64,000 bases of DNA from an uncultured Solirubrobacterales bacterium (GTDB lineage: Bacteria; Actinomycetota; Thermoleophilia; Solirubrobacterales; JACPNS01), in contig CAKZMQ010000025.1 of assembly GCA_937128795.1 (NCBI GenBank), positions 245-64,244 on the forward strand, written 5' to 3'. Position numbers and translations under genes: made by a program. Position 1 is the first letter of the stretch. Each line of letters starts with the position of its first letter. The notes under the pieces were generated by a model that was given only the letters and a program-made list of their open reading frames with translations, searched no databases and was not told where the DNA came from. Below, in pieces: positions 8,209 through 16,020 of the stretch.

Positions 8209-11200
8209 CCAAGCCCAAAAAACCGATCAAAAAACAACACAAGCCGCTCAATCACACCCTGCTTCTTCACCGCATGCCCACCATCCCCCGAGAACCGTGA
8301 GACCGGCGGCAATATCCGCGTGATCGCCGTCCCCGAAGTCGGGATCGCACCATCCCGAAACGCACTCTCCACGAACGCAACCGTTTCCGCTGGGTTCAAA
8401 TTCTCCTCGGCGATGATCCGGTTCAGCTCCTCCTCGCGCGCCCGCGCCACATAGGCCTGCCAGCTCGCGTCCACATCGGTCGTGATCGAAACGCTGTCCA
8501 CGAACTCCTCGATCAGGTCCTTCTTGTTGCGCAGTGATGGGCTGGCGTCGATCGCGCGACCGATCTCGTCGCGCAGCTCGGTGTCGCGCGCGGTGCCGCG
8601 CACCTCGACGAGCTCGCGCACAAGCGCGAGGATGTACTCCACATTCACCTCGACCTGCTTGATCAGCTCGATCTCAAACACGACGTCGTCCTTGATCGGC
8701 TCGCGCTCGGCGCCTTCCTGGCCGCGGAACTCTTGGTAGAGGTTCAGATAAATGCTCTGGTAGTCCTGACGCACGCGCGGCTCCAGCGTGTCGTCGTCTG
8801 CGAATTCGTCGTAGGTAGTGAGGATGTTTCGCAGTTTGAGGATCGCCCCGAACAGTGCGACGAATGCCTTCTGCTCGTTCTCGCCGACGATTTCCTCGCC
8901 CAGCGGGAAGTGCTCAACCAACTCGAGCACCTTCGCGTTGTACTCGTCGAGGAACTCGCCGTATGGCTTGAGCACCGCAGTGCCAATCGCATCCTTGTTG
9001 CCGAAAAGCGCGAAGGCGTTGTCGACCTCCTTGGTCAGATCGCGGAAGCACACGATGCTGCCGAACGCTTTCACCGAGTTGAGAATTCGGTTGGTCCGCG
9101 AGAACGCTTGTACGAGGCCGTGATGATGGAGGTTCTTGTCGACCCAGAGCGTGTTGAGCGTGGTGGCGTCGAAGCCCGTCAAGAACATGTTGACCACGAT
9201 CACCATGTCGAGCTCGCGGTTTCGCAGCTTCTCTGAAATGTGTTTGTAGTAGGCCTCAAACCTGTCCCCCGACGTGTCGAAGCTGGTGCCGAACATGGCG
9301 TTGTAATCCTTGATCGCGTCGTCGAGGAAGTCACGCGAACTACCGTCGAGTGCGTCGGTCTCGAACTCTTCTTCGGCCAGCAATCCGTCGGCGTCTTCCT
9401 CGTTGGCGGCGTAGCTGTAGATCAATCCGATCTTCAGCGGCGTGTATGTCGGGTCTGCGGCAGCACGCTCTGCCTGCACCTGCTTGAAGACCGCGTAGTA
9501 GCGCTTGGCCGCGTCGATCGACGCAGTGGCGAATATCGAATTGAAGCCGCTGAGCTCGCGCCCACCGGTCCTATACCGGGAATTGCGCTTGGTCTTCATG
9601 TCGAAGTGGTCAACGATGTACTCAGCGACCATCTTCAGGCGTTCGTGGGCCAGCAGCACTTCTTCGGTGTCTATCGCAGAGACGTTCTTGTCGACGATCC
9701 CCTCGGCTGCGCGGACTGTGTTGATGTAGTCGATTCGAAACGGCAGCACGTTTCTGTCAGCGATTGCGTCGACGATCGTGTAGGTGTGCAGGCGGTCGCC
9801 GAAGGCTTGGTCGGTCGTTCGCAGTTGCGAGTTGCCGCCGCTCGACGCGTTGTCGTCAAAGATCGGAGTGCCGGTGAAGCCGAAGAGGTAGTAGTTCTTG
9901 AAGGCCTTCTTGATCGCGACGTGCATGTCACCGAACTGGCTGCGGTGACATTCGTCAAAGATCAGCACGATGTGACCACCGAAGATCTCGTGCTTCTTGT
10001 TCTGCTCGATGAAGCGGCTGAGCTTCTGGATCGTCGTGACGATGATCTTCGAGTCGGGGTTCTCGATGTCTTCCTTCAACTTGGCCGTGGAAGTGTTGGA
10101 ATTGGCAGCCCCCTTCTCGAAGCGGTCGTACTCGCGCATGGTCTGGTAGTCGAGGTCTTTGCGGTCGACCACGAACAGCACCTTCTCAACGCCTGGCATA
10201 CGAGTGGCCAACTGCGCGGCCTTGAAGCTGGTCAACGTCTTGCCCGACCCGGTCGTGTGCCACACGTAGCCGCCGGCAGCGACCGATCCGAGCTGACCGT
10301 GGTTGCTCGACGTTGCGATCCGCTGCAGTATCCGCTCGGCAGCAACGATCTGGTACGGCCGCATCACCAGCAGGTTGCGGTCGACATCGAACACGCAGTA
10401 CTTGGTGAGAATGTTGAGCAGTGCGTGCTTTGCGAAGAACGTGCGGGTGAAGCCGGTGAGGTCGGCGATGCGCTTGTTCTGCGCGTCGGCCCACCAGCTG
10501 GTGAACTCGAAGCTGTGTGAGCTCTTCTTCTTGGAACCTCGGCCTTCCCGCATCTCGCCGATGTGGAGCTCGCGGGTGGTGTTGCTGTAGTACTTGGTCA
10601 GCGTGCCGTTGCTGATCACGAACAGCTGAACGTATTCGAACAATCCCGAGCCGGCCCAGAAGCTGTCGCGCTGGTAGCGGTTGATCTGATTGAAGGCCTC
10701 GCGAATGTCGACGCCCCGGCGTTTGAGTTCGACGTGTACGAGAGGAAGACCGTTGACGAGGATCGTGACGTCATAACGGTTCGATCGCACGCCGGCGATT
10801 TCGTATTGGTTGATCACCTGAAGGCGGTTGTTGTGGATGTTCTGCTTGTCGATCAGTCGGACGTTCTTGGTGGTGCTGTCGTCTCGGGTGAGCAGCTGAA
10901 CGTGGTCCTCTTGGATGCGTGCGGTCTTCTCGACGATGCCCTCGTTGGCGCTGGAGATGCGGGTTGAGAAGAAGCGCTTCCACTCGTCGTCGGAGAAGGT
11001 CAGATCGTTAAGTGCTTCTAGCTGCGCGCGGAGATTGGCAACGAGATCGGCTTCGCTAGTGATCGGTAGGTACTCGTAGGCCTGCTGCTGGAGTAGATCG
11101 ACGAGCGAGCGCTCAAGGTCGGCCTCACTCTGGTAGCCGGTCTCCTTCGCGTCGTCCGGGCTGAATTCCGCCACGACCGTGCTCTGGTCGCTGACCGCAA

Positions 11201-11240
11201 TCGGTTCATAGCGAAGTGCCGAATCGGGGGCGATCGTCAC
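8205..11240 (-). CDS. hsdR: Type I restriction endonuclease subunit R
   Basis: Helicase motifs are HTTGSGKT and IFDECHRSQ (DEAH-type). The protein is long and has the C-terminal region typical of HsdR. The GTG start at 11240 overlaps the hsdS stop (GTGA). The track ORF extends further upstream but would overlap hsdS. Confidence 0.9.
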   Translation of the reverse strand: MTIAPDSALRYEPIAVSDQSTVVAEFSPDDAKETGYQSEADLERSLVDLLQQQAYEYLPITSEADLVANLRAQLEALNDLTFSDDEWKRFFSTRISSANEGIVEKTARIQEDHVQLLTRDDSTTKNVRLIDKQNIHNNRLQVINQYEIAGVRSNRYDVTILVNGLPLVHVELKRRGVDIREAFNQINRYQRDSFWAGSGLFEYVQLFVISNGTLTKYYSNTTRELHIGEMREGRGSKKKSSHSFEFTSWWADAQNKRIADLTGFTRTFFAKHALLNILTKYCVFDVDRNLLVMRPYQIVAAERILQRIATSSNHGQLGSVAAGGYVWHTTGSGKTLTSFKAAQLATRMPGVEKVLFVVDRKDLDYQTMREYDRFEKGAANSNTSTAKLKEDIENPDSKIIVTTIQKLSRFIEQNKKHEIFGGHIVLIFDECHRSQFGDMHVAIKKAFKNYYLFGFTGTPIFDDNASSGGNSQLRTTDQAFGDRLHTYTIVDAIADRNVLPFRIDYINTVRAAEGIVDKNVSAIDTEEVLLAHERLKMVAEYIVDHFDMKTKRNSRYRTGGRELSGFNSIFATASIDAAKRYYAVFKQVQAERAAADPTYTPLKIGLIYSYAANEEDADGLLAEEEFETDALDGSSRDFLDDAIKDYNAMFGTSFDTSGDRFEAYYKHISEKLRNRELDMVIVVNMFLTGFDATTLNTLWVDKNLHHHGLVQAFSRTNRILNSVKAFGSIVCFRDLTKEVDNAFALFGNKDAIGTAVLKPYGEFLDEYNAKVLELVEHFPLGEEIVGENEQKAFVALFGAILKLRNILTTYDEFADDDTLEPRVRQDYQSIYLNLYQEFRGQEGAEREPIKDDVVFEIELIKQVEVNVEYILALVRELVEVRGTARDTELRDEIGRAIDASPSLRNKKDLIEEFVDSVSITTDVDASWQAYVARAREEELNRIIAEENLNPAETVAFVESAFRDGAIPTSGTAITRILPPVSRFSGDGGHAVKKQGVIERLVLFFDRFFGLG

Positions 11241-12475
11241 GCGGCGGCCTCGGGGAACGTGAGGAGCTTGTCGCGGTAGTACTCGTACTGCTTGCGGCGG
11301 GCGGCGATTTCGGCGGGGAGGCCGGAGGTGAGGTCGTTGACGAGGGCGTCGAAAGTATGAAGCTTCTTCGAAACCTGCCGTTGCTCGTCGAGATTCGGAA
11401 GGGGGATCTGCCATCCGAAAAAGTTCGTGGAGTCGACTGCAGCCATCGAACCATCCGTTCTCACACAGCTGCGGCGGATCCGTTCGCTGTCAGCTTGGAG
11501 TGCTTGGTACACATACTCGGCATCCACAGTGTTACGTGGAACGAGTATGCGCATGTCTTGGTTGACAGTCGTGTCCACCGTGACAAGACCAATGGGTAAC
11601 GTGCGCCGGAGAATGTTTGACCGCATCACCACGGCGATAGATGGTGCAGGCACGATGCGAAGCGGCGTTTCCTCGATTGCGAGTTGAGTGATTCGGCCGC
11701 GAATCTCGTCAGTACTCGTGTCGCTCACATCCATTGAGGCGAGCCACGGGACGTCGCCTGATTCCCAGTAAGCAGGATTAGACTTCGATGGAGTCATGCC
11801 GCCGTACCAATTGCCGAGTTCGCCGATGGCAGCCGGAGCGGCATCGACCGTATCGAGCAGTTCTTGTCTGTAATGTTCGTACTGGAAACCGCGAGCTTCC
11901 AGCTCCGCTTCCAGCTCCGCTTCCAGCTCCGCTTCCAGCTCCTCCATCGTCGCGAGAATTCCAGAGATCTCCTTCTGGATTGCAACCGGCGGTACCGGCA
12001 CTCGAATCCGCGATAGCGAATCACCGGATACTCGTTTCACTTTTGTTCCCGTTACATACCGCGACTTCTGATTTTTGAATGCTGTGGATTGAAATAGGTA
12101 CGCGGCATAGAGAGGGTCAAGGCTGTGACGAAAGATGTACGCGTCTCCGCTGACAGCAACTTCGGACTCGCCCAGCCAAGCAACTGCCTTGCAGACATCC
12201 TCCGGATTTTCGCTGGTCGTCGCCAACACGATGTCTCCGGTCTGAGCTATGCGTAGCTTCGCTGCGAGCTCGGGCGCAACAAACGACTTCGTCTCAGTTG
12301 CAGACGTGCCGTAGAACGTATAGATCTGTCCGTAGTGAATGCATCCCACACCTGAATCGACGAAGTCCTTCTTCTGAAGTCCGTTACCGCGGATGAATTG
12401 ACCGACTTCGCCAAGCGACTTGTGGGCAACTCCGCTCGGGCAATGCTCCGCAACCAACTCATCGATCCGGCTCAA
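11237..12475 (-). CDS. hsdS: Type I restriction-modification specificity subunit S
   Basis: 412 aa with two target-recognition halves separated by a central helical region (EELEAELEAELEAELEA). The TTG start overlaps the hsdM stop. The gene sits between hsdM and hsdR. Confidence 0.85.
   Translation of the reverse strand: MSRIDELVAEHCPSGVAHKSLGEVGQFIRGNGLQKKDFVDSGVGCIHYGQIYTFYGTSATETKSFVAPELAAKLRIAQTGDIVLATTSENPEDVCKAVAWLGESEVAVSGDAYIFRHSLDPLYAAYLFQSTAFKNQKSRYVTGTKVKRVSGDSLSRIRVPVPPVAIQKEISGILATMEELEAELEAELEAELEARGFQYEHYRQELLDTVDAAPAAIGELGNWYGGMTPSKSNPAYWESGDVPWLASMDVSDTSTDEIRGRITQLAIEETPLRIVPAPSIAVVMRSNILRRTLPIGLVTVDTTVNQDMRILVPRNTVDAEYVYQALQADSERIRRSCVRTDGSMAAVDSTNFFGWQIPLPNLDEQRQVSKKLHTFDALVNDLTSGLPAEIAARRKQYEYYRDKLLTFPEAAA
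11895..11942. repeat. Perfect tandem repeat GCTTCCAGCTCC x4 inside hsdS (encodes (ELEA)4 on the minus strand)
   Basis: Four identical 12-bp units, counted directly from the sequence. Confidence 0.95.
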
Positions 12476-14040
12476 ACCTCCGCCCCCTCAATCTCCGCCA
12501 CAATCGCATCAATTTCGCCCCGCAACTTGGCCTGCCGCTGAACGATGCCCGCGATCTCGGCGTTTAGCTCCATGATGTCGACCTCCTCACGCAAGTCGAC
12601 CGGCTCCACGTAACTCGAGACCGCAATGTTGTAATCGTTCTCCGCGATCTCGCGGTTCTCCACGAGTCGCGCGAAGTGTTCGATCTCTTCGCGGGCGGTG
12701 AATGCGTCGAGGATCTTCTGCTGATTCTCAGCTGTGAGCTTGTTCTTATTGCCGCCGCGCACGAACTGCTCGCTTGCGTCGATGAACAACGTGCGGTTGT
12801 CGGTCTTCGATTTCTTCAGCACGATCACGCAAGTTGCGATCGTCGTGCCGAAGAACAAGTCCGGCGGCAGCTGAATCACTGCGTCGACGAAGTTGTTGTC
12901 GATCAGGTATTTGCGGATCGTCTGCTCGGCGCCGCCGCGGTAGAGCACACCCGGGAATTCGACGATCGCGGCCGTGCCGCTTGTCGCGAGCCAGCTGACC
13001 ATGTGCATCGTGAAGGCCAGGTCGGCCTTGCTCTTGGGCGCAAGCACCCCGGCCGGCGCGTAGCGCGGGTCGTTGATCAGCAGCGGGTTGTCCTTGCCCT
13101 CCCACTTGGTCGAGTACGGCGGATTGGAGACGATCGCCTCGAACGGTTCGTCGTCCATGTGCGCCGGGTCGATCAGCGTGTCGCCATGGGCGATCTGGAA
13201 CTTCTCGTAGTTGATGTCGTGCAGGAACATGTTGATCCTGCAGAGGTTGTAAGTGGTGAGGTTGATCTCTTGGCCGAAGAACCCTTGGTGCACGTTCTCC
13301 TTGCCCAGCACCTTTGCGAACTGGAGCAGCATCGAACCCGAGCCACAGGCCGGGTCGTAGACCTTGTTGACCTCGGTCTTGCCGACCACGGTGATCCGCG
13401 CAAGCAGTTCGGAGACTTCCTGCGGCGTGAAGAACTCACCGCCAGATTTGCCGGCGCTCGACGCGTACATCGTCATCAAGTACTCGTACGCGTCGCCGAA
13501 GGCATCGATCGTGTTGTCGGCGAATTTGCCCAGTTCGAGGTCGCCGAACGCATCGAGCAATTTGACGAGCTTCTCATTGCGCTTGGCGACGGTCTGGCCG
13601 AGTTTGGTGCTGTTCACGTCGAGGTCTTCGAAGAGGCCCTTGAGGTCATCTTCGCTGGCAGTGCCACGAGCCGATCCCTCGATGTTTTTGAAGACGTTCT
13701 CAAGAGTCTCATTGAGATTCTCATCGTCACGAGCGCGCTTACGGACGTTCTCGAAGAGCTCGGAGGGAAGGATGTAAAAGCCCTTCTCGTTGACCGTCTC
13801 GTCGCGGCCGAACTCGGCGTCCTCATCGCTGATCGCCGCATAGTTAAAACCCGGGTTGGTCTTCTGCTCGAGCTCGTTGAGGTAGGCGGTGAGGTTCTCG
13901 GAGATGAAGCGGTAGAAGAGAAGCCCGAGGACGTATGTCTTGAAGTCCCAACCGTCGACGCTGCCGCGCAGATCGTTGGCTATGCGCCAGATGGTTTTGT
14001 GGAGTTCGGCTCTTTGGGCTTCTTTGGTGGGTGCGGTCAT
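12472..14040 (-). CDS. hsdM: Type I restriction-modification N6-adenine DNA methyltransferase subunit M
   Basis: 522 aa. Contains VYDPACGSGSML (AdoMet motif I), the SNPPYS catalytic NPPY motif and an HsdM N-terminal domain. Confidence 0.9.
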   Translation of the reverse strand: MTAPTKEAQRAELHKTIWRIANDLRGSVDGWDFKTYVLGLLFYRFISENLTAYLNELEQKTNPGFNYAAISDEDAEFGRDETVNEKGFYILPSELFENVRKRARDDENLNETLENVFKNIEGSARGTASEDDLKGLFEDLDVNSTKLGQTVAKRNEKLVKLLDAFGDLELGKFADNTIDAFGDAYEYLMTMYASSAGKSGGEFFTPQEVSELLARITVVGKTEVNKVYDPACGSGSMLLQFAKVLGKENVHQGFFGQEINLTTYNLCRINMFLHDINYEKFQIAHGDTLIDPAHMDDEPFEAIVSNPPYSTKWEGKDNPLLINDPRYAPAGVLAPKSKADLAFTMHMVSWLATSGTAAIVEFPGVLYRGGAEQTIRKYLIDNNFVDAVIQLPPDLFFGTTIATCVIVLKKSKTDNRTLFIDASEQFVRGGNKNKLTAENQQKILDAFTAREEIEHFARLVENREIAENDYNIAVSSYVEPVDLREEVDIMELNAEIAGIVQRQAKLRGEIDAIVAEIEGAEV

Positions 14041-14234
14041 TTGCGTGATGATCGATCGTCGGGGTGGCCGTGGACCGTCCCTGTGGAGAATTCAGAGGCG
14101 AGGTAGGTGACGCCGAGAAACATGCCCGGGTGATGCTCGACCAACGTCTGGAGTTCTCGCTCGTCGAACACCGGCGAATTCTCGAAGCGCTGCGGCGCTC
14201 CGTGGCCGATCGTGAACAAATCGATGCTCCCCAT
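14037..14234 (-). CDS. Small ORF (65 aa) translationally coupled to hsdM; possible remnant of a PD-(D/E)xK nuclease N-terminus
   Basis: Its stop overlaps the hsdM ATG (ATGA). FDERELQTLVEHHPGMFLGVTYLASEFSTG resembles, from memory, the N-terminal lead-in of NucS/DUF91-like nucleases. The catalytic core is absent. Confidence 0.35.
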   Translation of the reverse strand: MGSIDLFTIGHGAPQRFENSPVFDERELQTLVEHHPGMFLGVTYLASEFSTGTVHGHPDDRSSRK

Positions 14235-14367
14235 GGTGGGGGATCATAAGAGGTGCGGAACACTCGGAGGGAGAGCCGAACGACTGAACGGTCTGCCGCA
14301 ACGCCAGTACTGGCCCGAATCAGCTACAAGGTGGTTTGCACGCACCTCAACTGACGGCTGCCGAACC

Positions 14368-15168
14368 ATGAAACTTTTCCCGACACTGGTCGCTTCAATC
14401 TTGATTCTCCTTTCTCTCGGCACCGCGTCGGCAGCCGTGGCGACCGAATTGTCGGTCAACGGGATCGAACCGGGAGCGACCATCCGCGTGTCAACAGTCG
14501 TCAGTTTTTCTTGGGCTGAACGAACCCTGAACCTTGAGCGTTCCGAGCTTCAATTCTCCAACTCGTCAGATTCCGGTTCGTTTCTTGAAGGTGACGGGAG
14601 CGGACCGAACAGCTATCGGCGAACGATCGATCCCAGCGTTGAACTCCGCCCGCTCTTCTTGACCGGCGGGGTGTGGCACTGGCGAATCTGCGAGTTCGAA
14701 TACTTCAAGGTTCTGCCAGCGGCGTGTTCTCACCCAGTTTCCTTCAACGTGCTGCCGCCAGGCGAGTGCGAAGACGGCATCGACAACGACGGCGACGGCA
14801 AAACAGATTTGCGAGACCTCGCGTGTCGGAGTTACGCATCGCCGAAGGAACGACTTGCGAAGATTCCTAGGTTCTCCGTTCGGCAAGCCAAGCGGGAAGC
14901 GCGCCGCATTCTCAGACGCTCGACCCGGCTCGGTTACAGGGCGGGATACGGGTGGCGAGAACGCTGCAAGGTGGTCGCGAGAACTCGTGCGGTGTGCTCA
15001 AGCAGCTGGAACGTGGGAGATTCCGACGTCCGCGTACGGATTCGGTTGAGGCGGAAGTGGTGCCGAGGCAACGATGTGTGTCTCGAGTTCCGGTACCGCG
15101 CGGTGGTGGCGAACTACTACTGCATGATCGTTGGTGGCGAGAAGTGCGTGCGAATTTTCCGGAAGTAA
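14368..15168 (+). CDS. Secreted Cys-rich hypothetical protein with a DNDGDG Ca-binding-like motif and a very basic C-terminal half
   Basis: Signal peptide MKLFPTLVASILILLSLGTASAA. Contains CEDGIDNDGDGKTDLRDLAC and an Arg-rich tail. The track ORF starts at 14212, but the ATG at 14368 gives a clean signal peptide. Confidence 0.55.
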   Translation: MKLFPTLVASILILLSLGTASAAVATELSVNGIEPGATIRVSTVVSFSWAERTLNLERSELQFSNSSDSGSFLEGDGSGPNSYRRTIDPSVELRPLFLTGGVWHWRICEFEYFKVLPAACSHPVSFNVLPPGECEDGIDNDGDGKTDLRDLACRSYASPKERLAKIPRFSVRQAKREARRILRRSTRLGYRAGYGWRERCKVVARTRAVCSSSWNVGDSDVRVRIRLRRKWCRGNDVCLEFRYRAVVANYYCMIVGGEKCVRIFRK

Positions 15169-15264
15169 CCAGGGGATCAAGTCTTTCAACCCTCCAGCCA
15201 CCCCCACCAAAACTCTGCGGCTTTCCCCCTACAAAGCATCAAGCCAATCCTGAACAATGGCTGG

Positions 15265-16014
15265 ATGCAGCACACCACCAACCCCCTAATCCACCTAGAC
15301 CAAGTCGCCCGCCACTACCAAGTAGGCGACTCCACCGTCAAAGCCCTAGACGAAGTCACCCTCCAAATAACCCCCGGCGAGTTCGTAGCCGTCCTCGGCG
15401 CCAGCGGTAGCGGCAAGACAACCCTCCTCAACATGATCGGCGCCCTTGACGTCGCCACCCACGGCACGGTCAAAGTCGGCGACAAGACCGTCACCGGCGC
15501 CTCCCGCAAAGAGCTCGCTCAGATCCGCCGCAGCGAAGTCAGCTTCATCTTCCAAACCTTCAATCTCTTCCCCGGCCTCAGCGCGCTCGAAAACGTCGAG
15601 TTCGGTGCAGAGATCGCAGGCCGCAACAACCCGCGCGAAGCCGCAATCGAAATGCTCGGCCGCGTGGACCTCGCCGACCGCATCGAGCACTTCCCGCACG
15701 AACTCTCCGGCGGCGAGCAACAGCGCGTCGCGATTGCCCGCTCCCTCGCAACCGGCAACCCGGTCCTCCTGGCCGACGAACCGACCGGCGAGCTCGACTT
15801 CCGCACCGGCGTTCAGATCCTCGAACTTCTCCACGAGCAGACCCACGACGCGAATTCCCCGGACGGAAAGTCAGACAGAGCCGTCGTCGTCGTCACCCAC
15901 AACCGCGAGATCGCGCGCACCGCCGATCGGATCATTGAGCTCTCCAGCGGGCGCGTCATCAGCGACGGTCCGCCCGAGGGCGGCCCGGCCGCTATCGCCA
16001 ACCTTCATTGGTAG
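15265..16014 (+). CDS. ABC transporter ATP-binding protein (MacB/LolD-like)
   Basis: Walker A GASGSGKTT, signature LSGGEQQRVAIAR and Walker B LLADEPTG. Confidence 0.9.
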   Translation: MQHTTNPLIHLDQVARHYQVGDSTVKALDEVTLQITPGEFVAVLGASGSGKTTLLNMIGALDVATHGTVKVGDKTVTGASRKELAQIRRSEVSFIFQTFNLFPGLSALENVEFGAEIAGRNNPREAAIEMLGRVDLADRIEHFPHELSGGEQQRVAIARSLATGNPVLLADEPTGELDFRTGVQILELLHEQTHDANSPDGKSDRAVVVVTHNREIARTADRIIELSSGRVISDGPPEGGPAAIANLHW

Positions 16015-16020
16015 GGCGCG

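Noticed and set aside
6950-15200. Calling the tRNA-Thr block a bona fide integrative element or prophage.
   Set aside because: I could find no integrase, no phage structural genes and no att-like direct repeat of the tRNA 3' end. I therefore describe it only as a compositionally distinct cargo block.
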